Source: Dyadobacter sp.
GTDB taxonomy: Bacteria > Bacteroidota > Bacteroidia > Cytophagales > Spirosomataceae
DNA length: 54,149 nt
Direction of reading: 5' to 3'
Assembly: GCA_035565435.1 (NCBI GenBank)
Contig: DATMSL010000032.1
Location: 1-54,149, forward strand
Under the pieces are notes generated by a model that saw nothing but the letters and a program-made list of their open reading frames with translations, did no database searches and was not told where the DNA came from. The position numbers and the translations under genes are program-made. Positions 28,981 through 38,720 of this stretch are shown piece by piece (within the stretch, counting starts at the first letter, position 1; each line of letters starts with the position of its first letter).

Positions 28981-29309
28981 AAAAGTTAATCCTCCTTTTA
29001 GCGCTCGGGGCCTGCATGGCTTGTGAGCGCACCGTAGAAGTGCAGCCCCAGACGCTGGCCGGTACTAATTGGGTACTGCACTATGATAAGCCCGAGCCGT
29101 GGGATAAAAAGCTCACTTTCTCCTCGGACGGTACGGTGCAGATACGCATGTTTTTGCAAGGAGAGCAACGTAGCTACGAGAGCTATCCTTACCTGTACGG
29201 AGCCCCTGTTTTATGGGTTGACGGGCCTTTCGACCAGAACTTCGAGGGCGTGTACTATGGCGATTCTTTAATGCTGCAAGGCGAGATATATAAACGTGTG
29301 AAGGAATGA
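28977..29309 (+). CDS. Lipoprotein
   Basis: MKKLILLLALGACMAC signal; LAGTNW beta-rich body. Confidence 0.7.
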   Translation: MKKLILLLALGACMACERTVEVQPQTLAGTNWVLHYDKPEPWDKKLTFSSDGTVQIRMFLQGEQRSYESYPYLYGAPVLWVDGPFDQNFEGVYYGDSLMLQGEIYKRVKE

Positions 29310-29503
29310 TAGAGCGCCTTAAAAATTATCTCACTTGGTTCTGCATGACTTTTACAGCTACTCTATCATTTTTAGCTTTAATTCCTTTGGGAATACACGG
29401 TGAGAGCGCTATGGAATTTGGGTTTCCGGCCCCTTACTGGTGCCTAATAGCAGCCTGTGCATGGGTAAATTTGATACACTTTGTAAAACCTAGGACACCG
29501 TGA
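29306..29503 (+). CDS. Small two-TM membrane protein
   Basis: Hydrophobic, coupled ORF. Confidence 0.55.
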   Translation: MIERLKNYLTWFCMTFTATLSFLALIPLGIHGESAMEFGFPAPYWCLIAACAWVNLIHFVKPRTP

Positions 29504-29685
29504 ATATCTTCCAGATCTCCGACATTATCCGAGTCCGGCCAGAGCTCAAAGCCGGCAGTGAGGAATGGGTAGTTGAGCTCATTGATAGCACCTGCTACAC
29601 GTTAGCGACCGTGAAAGTATACGGCGATCAGCCCAGGCGAAAGATACTGAGCTTTGCAAATCAAGAGAATTACGAGAAAGTATGA
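29500..29685 (+). CDS. Hypothetical protein
   Basis: GTG start overlapping the upstream stop; ends at a terminator. Confidence 0.55.
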   Translation: MNIFQISDIIRVRPELKAGSEEWVVELIDSTCYTLATVKVYGDQPRRKILSFANQENYEKV

Positions 29686-29712
29686 GGGAGCCCGAAAGCT
29701 CCCTTTTCTCTT
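29685..29712. terminator. Terminator between convergent genes
   Basis: AGGGAGC-CCGAAA-GCTCCCT followed by TTT. Confidence 0.75.
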
Positions 29713-32502
29713 TTAAGGCCTGCGATAGCTAAAACTGTACTGTAAATTGTTAGTGCCCGAAGCAGGGGCAGTAGCATATTTTATAGAAAGAGTCGTTGAG
29801 TTCACAGTCACGTATGAAATGTCTGCCGCAGCTGAGCTCATGGCCAATACGTTCACGACAATAGGGGTGTACGAAAGCCCGTGAGCTATATCAATGCTTA
29901 CCGACGATCCGTTACCGCTGGCAGATAGCGTGGATACTCTGACAGGGTTAGGCACATATACATCCAGTATTTTCCACTCGGTCGGTCCGGCCTGTATGGT
30001 TACTGCATGGTTCTGAGTTGTCAATGAAAACCCTGTACTACCGTCAATAGTTTCCGAGCCGTTCCCGTCAACCAGTACGGTATTAGCCGAACTATCGGTT
30101 TTTTTGATGGTCAGTTTAAGCCCTTCACCGTTTACGTATGCGGAGCTGAGCGGTGGCAGCGTGCAAGTCCGGGCAGCCGCGGTCGCATCAAAAGTCAAAC
30201 CGCTGTCATTAACCGTAGCCGTATAATCCGCGGACTTAGCGGACATAGACTGCCTTTTGTTCGTTTCCATAAGACTAACGAACTTATAAGAGTCGTCAGC
30301 CAGCTTAATGCACACGAAAAACCCATCGTCAGTAATGAAATACTTATTCAGATAGTAAATACTGGGCGCAGGTAGCCCGGACGTCGCTCGTATGACGTTG
30401 GTCGGTGAGCCAAAAGGTTTCGTGAAGTCGATGTATACTGCGGCCTTTTCCAGATTGGCCATCCGGTAGCTGAACTTCGCGAAATCCTCTGGTAATACTA
30501 CGGGGAACATTCCGAACTTAAAAAGCCTCATGCGGATATTGCCTACGGTGCTTCCTCCTGCGTTGTTGTAATTGTTGAAGTGGATATTGTTAAACACCCC
30601 GTAAATGTGAGGTACTCCGGTCTGCTCGGTTTCTACGCTGGTATACTGAATGGCGCTGCCCACCGTGTAGGATATCGAAAAGTCGATACGGGCTCCGCCT
30701 GTGCTTAGCCTGCGCATGCCGCAATAGATCCGATAAAATCCTGCGGTTAGTGTGAAATTAAGATCCTGAGAGCTGTACGTGCCTTGTTCGGTCGTAATAG
30801 TCGCTTTGAGACGAGGAACACCAGTGCTTGTCAAATATTGCAGCTTGAATACATCACTATCTATCAATATAGGGTCTTGCGCCGTTTTGGACAGGTATTC
30901 AAAGTCTAGAATAAATGATACCTCGTTACGGAACGGTATTACGCAGGGGATAGTAATACGGTCGTCAGTATTTATTAATACCCCAGACTCGATAACCGGT
31001 TCGTCGATCTCAAAAGTCTTGGAGGTACCTACGTACTGTGTCGCACGTTTGCTTACAATGTCATGCGTATTGCGCATGTTCTCCGAGGTAGTAATCGGGT
31101 TAGTCTCCTGGAACTTGCTGGTTATATTGATCACATTGTTTTTGCAGCGGTGATCCTCAGCAAATGCGCGTGTTTGCGGCCAGGGACGGTCCTGTGTGTT
31201 CTTGTAGTTTGTAGCTTGCCCATTAATGACAGAATCCTCCACATTGTCTAGCTGAATACCTGACGATACGCCGTCTGTAACCAAGGTGGCATCTAAGTAG
31301 CAATTGCTATCTGCTATCAAATTATCTGCTTTCAGGGATTTACTATCTACAAAATGTATCCCAGGCCCGAAATTGTCTTGGGCTTCAATATTAATGAAAG
31401 TAGCCCGGTTAGCATTAGATACCACCATACCTCCAAAATACCCCATAAAACCCTCCTCAGTTCGTGCAATCCCGTTCCAGATAACTTTTAAATCGCTCCA
31501 TTTATTATTACCTCCGTGCTCTTGTATGCCGTATACGTCGTTCCGTTCAGCTACGATGTTAGTGAAAATGTTATCTGTCGACTCCGTGTAGAAACCTCTT
31601 CGGTTCTTGTATGCATATAGCCCGTCGATGTGTACGATGTAATTGGCCGCAGGAATATACATACCGTAGTCCCTGCCTCGCGTAACGCAAACATCTTTAA
31701 CTTCCAAGTAACGGTATGTACTGTTCCCTGTGAGAGTTTTGTCGAAAATAGCGTCTACCTTGGCGCCGTCAGCGTTAGTATTAGCCTCCAATGCCAAAGC
31801 ACTGCCAGCGATCAGATTGTTGTCTTTATTGGCGTCCAGAGTCAGACGAGAGATACGGTTGATGAATGAGTTTTTGGGTAGCCATACCAAATCGGTATTC
31901 TGATTATCCCGCAGTTTTAATACTGAAATACCCTTACCCTCCCCGTCCAGGAAAATACGCGAGGACATGGTAAATTTGTTTGTCAAGTAAGTGCCCGAAG
32001 GGAAAAATAAAGTGCCACCACCGTTCGATACTAGGAGAGCCTGGGCAGCCGCAATAGCTGCGGTATCGTTAGCTATTCCGTTGCCTACTGCTCCGAACCA
32101 CTTAACGTTTAGCCAACCTGTCCAACGCCTCACCCACTTATTGCCCGATGCGTCTGCTACGCAAACCGAGTCGTCGGGCGTCAGGTCTGTTGCATTATCC
32201 AGTACAAAAGTACCTGCTTTCAATTCGTCGGACAAGTATACGCCCGTGTACGCCGGGGCTATGTTTAAGGCTTTCAGCTCAGCTAGCGTCATGCTAGGCA
32301 TTTTATCTCCGGCAGCAGCCGCGGCCGCCTCGGCCTGATCTACCAGATCAGTTATCTCACTTACGAGCCCGTCCTGGAACTGGTCGAAAGTGGCTATCTT
32401 GGTGTGACCGTCTGCGCTGGTGAACATTACCCAGTCTTCGGAGGTAGGCGAGCCGGTCGGCAGCTGAATCAGCGGGATTTCTTTATTGTTGTCGAGTGCC
32501 AT
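29713..32502 (-). CDS. Tail spike / depolymerase with pectate-lyase-like beta-helix
   Basis: LNVKWFGAVGNGIANDTAAI...GGTLFFPSGTY motif, Asn-rich beta-helix, C-terminal KSADYT...IKKTD...ETIDG domain. Confidence 0.85.
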   Translation of the reverse strand: MALDNNKEIPLIQLPTGSPTSEDWVMFTSADGHTKIATFDQFQDGLVSEITDLVDQAEAAAAAAGDKMPSMTLAELKALNIAPAYTGVYLSDELKAGTFVLDNATDLTPDDSVCVADASGNKWVRRWTGWLNVKWFGAVGNGIANDTAAIAAAQALLVSNGGGTLFFPSGTYLTNKFTMSSRIFLDGEGKGISVLKLRDNQNTDLVWLPKNSFINRISRLTLDANKDNNLIAGSALALEANTNADGAKVDAIFDKTLTGNSTYRYLEVKDVCVTRGRDYGMYIPAANYIVHIDGLYAYKNRRGFYTESTDNIFTNIVAERNDVYGIQEHGGNNKWSDLKVIWNGIARTEEGFMGYFGGMVVSNANRATFINIEAQDNFGPGIHFVDSKSLKADNLIADSNCYLDATLVTDGVSSGIQLDNVEDSVINGQATNYKNTQDRPWPQTRAFAEDHRCKNNVINITSKFQETNPITTSENMRNTHDIVSKRATQYVGTSKTFEIDEPVIESGVLINTDDRITIPCVIPFRNEVSFILDFEYLSKTAQDPILIDSDVFKLQYLTSTGVPRLKATITTEQGTYSSQDLNFTLTAGFYRIYCGMRRLSTGGARIDFSISYTVGSAIQYTSVETEQTGVPHIYGVFNNIHFNNYNNAGGSTVGNIRMRLFKFGMFPVVLPEDFAKFSYRMANLEKAAVYIDFTKPFGSPTNVIRATSGLPAPSIYYLNKYFITDDGFFVCIKLADDSYKFVSLMETNKRQSMSAKSADYTATVNDSGLTFDATAAARTCTLPPLSSAYVNGEGLKLTIKKTDSSANTVLVDGNGSETIDGSTGFSLTTQNHAVTIQAGPTEWKILDVYVPNPVRVSTLSASGNGSSVSIDIAHGLSYTPIVVNVLAMSSAAADISYVTVNSTTLSIKYATAPASGTNNLQYSFSYRRP

Positions 32503-32585
32503 TTCAGGAGTTTTTAAAGCAATTTACTGATTTACATGCAACCGTGCCCGTAAATCCCCTTAATTTGTTTTCCTCAACTTTGATG

Positions 32586-32628
32586 GGTATATTTTGTTTG
32601 TAAATAAAATATCATTTTTATACCTTTG
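32586..32628 (+). promoter_or_regulatory. Conserved promoter element, copy 3, with Bacteroidota -33 TTTG and -7 TACCTTTG
   Basis: TTTG ending at 32600, 20-nt spacer, TACCTTTG at 32621-32628. Confidence 0.75.
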
Positions 32629-32655
32629 ATTTCAACATCAAACCGTTCTTAAATT

Positions 32656-32847
32656 ATGCAAAGTTTCCATGATTACCTCAAATTGCAGAGCCCTGAATTT
32701 GCCTCAGAACTAGACGATACGTTCGATGCGGAAGGGCTGAAAGTGTTTAATAGCCTTGCAGAAGCGTGGGCCTCCGAGCAATATCACAAGAAAGATCCTG
32801 CTCAAACCGATATATTCCCTGTAACTCCTTACGACGGAATGCGATGA
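32656..32847 (+). CDS. Hypothetical protein
   Basis: First ORF after the promoter. Confidence 0.6.
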   Translation: MQSFHDYLKLQSPEFASELDDTFDAEGLKVFNSLAEAWASEQYHKKDPAQTDIFPVTPYDGMR

Positions 32848-33101
32848 GCCTGCGACTTGACCCCAAATACCACGGAGTCCGTGTGGCGCGCGTGAGGCCG
32901 AAAAGGCACATAATTACCAGAAGCCAGAAAGTGTACGAATTTTGGAGAGGGTATATAGAAATTTCCGAGTATGTCACGCTGTACTTTGTAATGAACGACA
33001 GAAAGAAATGGATAGTACCTGAGATGCAGTATGCAGCCAGAGTAAACGGCGACTACTATTACGGTCAAAAAGAAGCGTTGGAGGCGTTAGGCTTGCGATG
33101 A
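32844..33101 (+). CDS. Hypothetical protein
   Basis: Likely start MSLRLDP overlapping the upstream stop. Confidence 0.55.
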   Translation: MSLRLDPKYHGVRVARVRPKRHIITRSQKVYEFWRGYIEISEYVTLYFVMNDRKKWIVPEMQYAARVNGDYYYGQKEALEALGLR

Positions 33102-33376
33102 ACGACTTTCAAAAACAAGTTAAGCGCGAGTTTCGCCTGGCGATTACCGCCATACACGCTGTCGGATACCCGGATATTAAATTCGAGGACTGGTCGAAAG
33201 AACGCAAAGCCGAGCTATACCGCGACGTAGCCATTTTCGAGGAGGTTATCGACCTCGCAACGCATTGGGAGGAAAGGCATGTGCAGACAGGCAAAGAAAC
33301 TGTTGACGCCATGCTCGACCGTATCGCTAAGGAATTGATTCATATGCCGGAGAAAATTAGCTTTTTTAACCCATGA
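33098..33376 (+). CDS. Hypothetical protein
   Basis: Coupled ORF. Confidence 0.6.
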   Translation: MNDFQKQVKREFRLAITAIHAVGYPDIKFEDWSKERKAELYRDVAIFEEVIDLATHWEERHVQTGKETVDAMLDRIAKELIHMPEKISFFNP

Positions 33377-33675
33377 GCGAGTATAACTGCCGCGTCAAGC
33401 GCGTGGTGCCCAAGGATCACGTATTTTTAGTAATTACTCAACCTATACGCAGAGTAGGGTACGACGAGCAGAAAGCGTTTACAGCAACTGTAATGGGTAC
33501 TACTCTCTGTTTCGTTCGCAGGAGAGGGCATAATAATCCTGGAAAGGGCTGGTCTAAATGGTATATACAAATTTTTGAGTCTTACTGGCAGGGTGCATTA
33601 TGCAGTCTGGGGCGTCACCCTAACTGGTGGCAAATCTCAAACGTGCTACACTACCGACCGCAAGAACAAACATAA
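33373..33675 (+). CDS. Hypothetical protein
   Basis: Coupled ORF. Confidence 0.55.
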   Translation: MSEYNCRVKRVVPKDHVFLVITQPIRRVGYDEQKAFTATVMGTTLCFVRRRGHNNPGKGWSKWYIQIFESYWQGALCSLGRHPNWWQISNVLHYRPQEQT

Positions 33676-33686
33676 TACACACCTCC

Positions 33687-33720
33687 AAAGCCCCGCCTAC
33701 CCGTGGGGCTTTTCTCTCTT
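33687..33720 (+). terminator. Intrinsic terminator
   Basis: AAAGCCCC...GGGGCTTT plus pyrimidine tail. Confidence 0.65.
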
Positions 33721-33755
33721 CCTCAGTTTCTCATAATACCCACAACCAATATGTT

Positions 33756-36350
33756 ATGCTATTAGAACTAGCGACCGGTAAAAGCCGGAATGATACCCAG
33801 TGGCACGGCGACAAGTGGCCCTGGGAGCGCCTTGTAGCGCGCTGCTATCAGGTACACCGCTCAGATGAAACGTACGCTACCTATCAGGCAGGAAATCAGG
33901 AGTTCAAACAGTCCAAAAAAGACGTAGGGGGTTTCGTCTCCGGCTGGCTCGATGGTGGCCGCAGAGCCAAAGCAGCCGTCATGTCCAAGCAGATCCTTAC
34001 GCTCGACGTGGATTATGCCCGGCAGGACTTCTTACAGGTGCTCAGGGCCAAACTACCTAACGTTGCATGGATCTACTACACAACCCACTCACACAGCCCC
34101 GATAAACCGCGGTACCGCCTGCTTATACCGCTCGACCGTCCGGCAATGCCGGCCGAGTACGAGCCGGTTGCCCGGTGGGTAGCCGCTTACTTGGGCATTG
34201 AACAGTTCGACCGTACGTGCTACGACCTGAACCGGCTTATGTTCTGGCCCTCGTGCAGCGCCGATGGGGTTTTCGACGCAGGACACCAGGACGGGCTGTG
34301 GACCTCGGTAGACGGTATCCTGGCCCAGTACAGCAACTGGCGGGACATATCCCAGTGGCCGGTAGCAGACGGAGAGTACCTGGCCATACGCGCCGACGCA
34401 CAGCAAATGGAGGACCCGCACATGAAGTCGGGCGTTATCGGGGCTTTCTGCCGCATGTATACCACCCGCCAGCTTATCGATAAGTTCCTGGGGCACATTT
34501 ATGTTGAGGGCACGCAGCCGAACCGCTACACGCTTAAAAACGGCACTACCTCAAACGGGCTTTGGGTAATCGACGATAAATTCGTGCTGTCCTTTCACAG
34601 CTCAGATGCCTTGGGTAACAAGCCGGTCAACGTGTTTGACCTGTTCCGCATCCATTTGTTTGGCGGGGCAGACGACAATCCCGAGCAGGCGATCGGTAAG
34701 CGCGAGTCGTTTAAGAAAGCGTCCGAGTATATCCGTGAGCTGCCCGAAGTCCGTAAGGCTATCAATATTGAGAACTACGGGTTTGGCACAGCAAACGAGT
34801 TCTTTGGCGTGCCCCAGGCGCAGCCTTTATCGCAGCAGCCAAGGCCGACCGTTGAGCCCCAGATCGCACAAAACCTTTGGCAGCAAAACATAGCCGTGGG
34901 GGCTCCTGTACCGCAGGGCCTGGTGCAGCCTTTAAATGGTCACAGTCACGCGCCTACGGCCCCTATTGCAGGTGCGGCCGTGCAAGCCTCTGTAAACCCT
35001 AATGTGAGCGCCGACGCTAACGATTGGCTGGGGGAACTGGAAGTTGACGGGAAAGGGAAGGCCCTTGCGAACGTGAAGAACGTTAAGCTGATTATGCTGA
35101 ATGACCCAAGGATCAAAGATTGTTTTGCCAGGGACATTTTTGCAAAGCAGATCGCACTACGCGGTATGGTGCCGTGGATCATTCCGGGCCGTACCAGTCA
35201 GTGGACGGACGTAGACGACGATGCGCTTATTAATTTCTTCGGTGAGCATTACGGCATCAATTCTGCCGATATCATACGCAGGGTGCTTAACGAGATAACG
35301 GCCCGTCATGGGTTCCACCCGGTTAAAGAATACCTGGAAAGCCTGGTATGGGATGGTACGCCTCGTATTGAAAAGCTGTTTCATTATTTCCTTGGGGCTG
35401 AGGATAACCTGTACACCCGGGAAGTATCGCGCAAGTGGTTTACCGCGGCCGTAGCCCGTATTTATGAGCCAGGCCGTAAGTTTGATAACATGATCGTGTT
35501 TGTAGGTCTGGGCGGCATCGGTAAGTCCCTTTTAGCTACAAGGCTGGGCGGAAAATGGTTCTCTGACACGTCTGTCGACCTTCGCAATAAAAAAGAGTCC
35601 ATGGAGGAAATGCAAGGCGTGTGGATCATGGAATGGGCTGAGCTGACCAGTTTCCGGACCTCTTCCATTGAGGCCGTCAAAGCCTTCACTTCAAAGCAAA
35701 CCGATAAGTACCGGGCAGCCTATGCGCGCCGTGTTGAGGACCACCCGCGCCAGTGCGTGTTCATGGGGTCGACCAACCGGCCGGAGTTCCTTTCAGACCC
35801 TGACGGCAACCGCCGTTTTTGGCCCGTACACGCTAATCAGGTGCAACCGCAGAATAATGTATACCGCGACCTGACTCCGGCTGTTGTGGGGCAGATTTGG
35901 GCCGAGGCTTGCGTTATGTACGCACAGGGCGAAGAACTTATGTTAGAGCCCCATGTGGCGCAGCTTGCCGAGTATGTGCAGAAACGGCACACCGAAGTTG
36001 ACGAGCGGGAGCACGATATCGTCGAGTACCTTAACAAGCCGCTGCCTGCTGATTGGTACAAGCTGGATAAATCTACCCGCGCAGCCTACCTCATGCAAGG
36101 TATTGACCAAATGCCGCAGGACGGCCAGGAGAACCTAATACGCCGCGATAAGGTCTGCGTTCGTGAAATATGGGTTGAGCTCTTCGACGGCAGCAAAAGG
36201 GACGCTGATCGCCATAAGACCAGGTTCATTCACGACATAATGAGGAACTTGCCGGACTGGGAGCTGGCTAAGAACCCACTTAACGTTGGGTACTTCGGCA
36301 GACAGATGTGCTACGTCCGTAAAGGGTCTGGTGTTGAAGTCCGGCAATGA
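33756..36350 (+). CDS. Primase-helicase (prim-pol N-terminus plus VirE/VapE SF3 helicase)
   Basis: LTLDVD and YYTTHSH..PRYRLLIPL; GLGGIGKS Walker A, WIMEWAEL, YRAAY, GSTN and GNRRFWP. Confidence 0.92.
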   Translation: MLLELATGKSRNDTQWHGDKWPWERLVARCYQVHRSDETYATYQAGNQEFKQSKKDVGGFVSGWLDGGRRAKAAVMSKQILTLDVDYARQDFLQVLRAKLPNVAWIYYTTHSHSPDKPRYRLLIPLDRPAMPAEYEPVARWVAAYLGIEQFDRTCYDLNRLMFWPSCSADGVFDAGHQDGLWTSVDGILAQYSNWRDISQWPVADGEYLAIRADAQQMEDPHMKSGVIGAFCRMYTTRQLIDKFLGHIYVEGTQPNRYTLKNGTTSNGLWVIDDKFVLSFHSSDALGNKPVNVFDLFRIHLFGGADDNPEQAIGKRESFKKASEYIRELPEVRKAINIENYGFGTANEFFGVPQAQPLSQQPRPTVEPQIAQNLWQQNIAVGAPVPQGLVQPLNGHSHAPTAPIAGAAVQASVNPNVSADANDWLGELEVDGKGKALANVKNVKLIMLNDPRIKDCFARDIFAKQIALRGMVPWIIPGRTSQWTDVDDDALINFFGEHYGINSADIIRRVLNEITARHGFHPVKEYLESLVWDGTPRIEKLFHYFLGAEDNLYTREVSRKWFTAAVARIYEPGRKFDNMIVFVGLGGIGKSLLATRLGGKWFSDTSVDLRNKKESMEEMQGVWIMEWAELTSFRTSSIEAVKAFTSKQTDKYRAAYARRVEDHPRQCVFMGSTNRPEFLSDPDGNRRFWPVHANQVQPQNNVYRDLTPAVVGQIWAEACVMYAQGEELMLEPHVAQLAEYVQKRHTEVDEREHDIVEYLNKPLPADWYKLDKSTRAAYLMQGIDQMPQDGQENLIRRDKVCVREIWVELFDGSKRDADRHKTRFIHDIMRNLPDWELAKNPLNVGYFGRQMCYVRKGSGVEVRQ

Positions 36351-36740
36351 AGGCAAGTATTCAAAAACCCTATATTGCCAGGGCCTATTGCCGGATAAAA
36401 CCCTCTATACCATATAGTTATATGGTATAACAATCATAACAATGATTATATATTAGAGAGGGATATTATAGATTATAGGTAAATATTGACGGCAATAATT
36501 AATAGCATTAGTAATAATATATGACGGCAATAATTAATTTTATAAGTATATCTTAGGGGTATTATATGGAAAAACCACTTGCCGCCATTGCCAAAGGGGT
36601 TAACTCGCAGACAACCAGCGCGTTATCCGGCAATTTACTGGCAATTAAGCCGGCAATGGAAATTGCCAGATTGCCAAAATCAGAGGAAAAATTAGTCGAA
36701 AAGTATCTGAAACGTATTTGTGACGGCAATAATTGGATGT
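36341..36740. other. Putative replication origin (AT-rich core with GGCAA/TTGCC iterons)
   Basis: AT-rich 36400-36565 directly after the primase-helicase; many GGCAA/TTGCC pentamers in both orientations and three TGACGGCAATAATT copies. Confidence 0.6.
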
Positions 36741-37114
36741 GCTTAAAGCAAAAAGTAGCAGGTAAGCGCGGCTGGCCCGATAGAACAGTGTATGTTTCTG
36801 GCGGCAAGATTTATCATATAGAGTGTAAGGACCGCGGCAAGCGCCCAAGGCCCGATCAAGCAGCAGTACATGCGGCACTTTTGAAAATGGGCCACTTGGT
36901 TTTATTAATCGATACGAAAGAGAAAGTTAAACAATTCGAGTTCCATGCTTTATACGCCATACCCATACCAGCAGACAGCAATCTCACATATCCTGAGCAA
37001 TCCAAACGTTCAACAGGCCGGAGGCGCAGGATTGTTCTTACAGATGGGTTGCGGGAAAACATCAGTAGTAGCGACAGCCTGCGAGCAGCTGATACACCAG
37101 GAAAGACGGTTTGA
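36656..37114 (+). CDS. VRR-NUC domain nuclease
   Basis: EKLVEKYL...GWPDR...IECK..GKRPRPDQ. Confidence 0.88.
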   Translation: MEIARLPKSEEKLVEKYLKRICDGNNWMCLKQKVAGKRGWPDRTVYVSGGKIYHIECKDRGKRPRPDQAAVHAALLKMGHLVLLIDTKEKVKQFEFHALYAIPIPADSNLTYPEQSKRSTGRRRRIVLTDGLRENISSSDSLRAADTPGKTV

Positions 37115-38474
37115 TAAAATGCTGGTGATCGCACCGAAGCTGGTAGCCGAGGAAACCTGGCCTGCCGAGTTTACCAAGTGGGACCATTTACACCGGGTGC
37201 AGGTGGTACAGGTTACCGGTAATATCAAACAACGCATGAAAGCGCTGCAAACGCCGGCAGACGTGTACTGCATAGGCCGCGATAACGTGCGTTGGCTGGT
37301 GGCTACGATGTTGCACTACAACGGCGGCCGCTGGCCTTTCCCGTTCGTGGTAGTCGACGAGTCCACCAGCTTTAAGAACCCGCTGTCAGAGAGGTTTAAG
37401 GCTTTGCAGATCATGCTGCCGCAGATACAGCAGCTGATAGCGCTGACGGGTACGCCTTCGCCTAACGGCCTTGTGGATCTTTGGGCGCAGCTTTACCTGA
37501 TCGATCGGGGCGTAAGGCTGGGCGACAACTACTATGCCTTCCAGAAAGAGTTTTTCACTTTTGAGCAGACCGAGGAGCATGTACCTTACAACCACAAGAT
37601 CAAAGTGGAGAAAGACCCTATATTCGGCAAGAACTACCACGTCAAGCGCATCCAGAGCCTTATCGGTGATATCTGCATTTCCATGGTTGCACGTGACTAT
37701 CTGGACCTGCCGCCGCGCATGGATATATTTTTGGAAGCCCATATGCCCGAGGCGTCATTAAGGCGGTATGAGAAGTTCAAAAAGGATTATGTGACCAACA
37801 TTGCCGGCCAGGAGATCAACGCTTTCTCAGCGCCGGGTCTGTACACCAAACTGCTGCAATTTGCCAACGGCGCGGTATACGATGCGGAGGTTGAGCGTAA
37901 TTACCACGTGGAGCATGACACCAAACTGGATATGCTGGAAGAGATAGTTGAGGAGGCCGCAGGCGATCCGGTGCTGGTTTTTTACAGTTTCGACAGCGAT
38001 GTGTCGCGTATCCAGAAAAAATTAGCGAGATTTAAACCCAAAGTAATAGCCAAGGGGGATACTGCACGGTGGAACAGGGGAGAGATCCCGCTGCTGCTTG
38101 CGCATCCTGCCTCAGCGGGGCACGGGTTGAACTTGCAGGACGGCGGGTGCAATATCGTTTGGTTTGGATTACCGTGGAACCTGGAATGGTACCAGCAGGC
38201 ATGCGCCCGTCTGGACAGGCAAGGGCAAAAGCGCAGGGTGAATAATTACCACCTGCTATGCCCTGGGACTTTGGAGTTTGAAGTAGCGCGGCGCTTGAAG
38301 GATAAGAGCGTTACGCAGGACGATTTAATGGCCGCACTTAAAGCAGATGTCTATGGATTTAATACAACCGAACGAAAATGGGGAACGGCGCCCCAACAGA
38401 TGCCAGGTAAGCCGGGAATCATTGGACCCCCGGCCATTCTATCTCAATTGCCGACAGTGCCCTTGTGGGGATGA
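36945..38474 (+). CDS. SNF2-family helicase
   Basis: PYPYQ, QMGCGKT, VVDES, LTGTP, SAGHGLNLQ and RLDRQGQ motifs. Confidence 0.93.
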   Translation: MLYTPYPYQQTAISHILSNPNVQQAGGAGLFLQMGCGKTSVVATACEQLIHQERRFDKMLVIAPKLVAEETWPAEFTKWDHLHRVQVVQVTGNIKQRMKALQTPADVYCIGRDNVRWLVATMLHYNGGRWPFPFVVVDESTSFKNPLSERFKALQIMLPQIQQLIALTGTPSPNGLVDLWAQLYLIDRGVRLGDNYYAFQKEFFTFEQTEEHVPYNHKIKVEKDPIFGKNYHVKRIQSLIGDICISMVARDYLDLPPRMDIFLEAHMPEASLRRYEKFKKDYVTNIAGQEINAFSAPGLYTKLLQFANGAVYDAEVERNYHVEHDTKLDMLEEIVEEAAGDPVLVFYSFDSDVSRIQKKLARFKPKVIAKGDTARWNRGEIPLLLAHPASAGHGLNLQDGGCNIVWFGLPWNLEWYQQACARLDRQGQKRRVNNYHLLCPGTLEFEVARRLKDKSVTQDDLMAALKADVYGFNTTERKWGTAPQQMPGKPGIIGPPAILSQLPTVPLWG

Positions 38475-38695
38475 TTACGTGCCGGACGTTGAGAGCTGTG
38501 AGCCTTTGCAACAGCCAGCAGGTCAGGGATCATGCTAGGGCAGTCAACAAGCGCGTCCAGCAGCACTTTTGCGTTGTCATAGTGTTGCCACGGTACGCGC
38601 TTGTTGATTTGTATGGTAGCGTTGCCTTTGGGGCGGCCAGCGCCTTTTTTGTTTGCGATACCTTGATCTTTTCGGGTTACTTTTTGCTTTGTCAT
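38444..38695 (-). CDS. Small basic DNA-binding protein candidate
   Basis: KKGAGRPKG AT-hook-like motif followed by a strand-helix segment; likely start MTKQKV. Confidence 0.55.
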   Translation of the reverse strand: MTKQKVTRKDQGIANKKGAGRPKGNATIQINKRVPWQHYDNAKVLLDALVDCPSMIPDLLAVAKAHSSQRPARNHPHKGTVGN

Positions 38696-38720
38696 GTTCG
38701 TAATTAATATAAATTCTGTA

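Noticed and set aside
4621..32502. Diversity-generating retroelement acting on the receptor-binding genes
   Set aside because: No reverse transcriptase and no template/variable repeat pair seen
33627..33755. Extended N-termini in the ORF track (also at 22225, 36566, 43772 and 47866)
   Set aside because: They overlap terminators, promoters, iterons or upstream genes; downstream ATGs fit better
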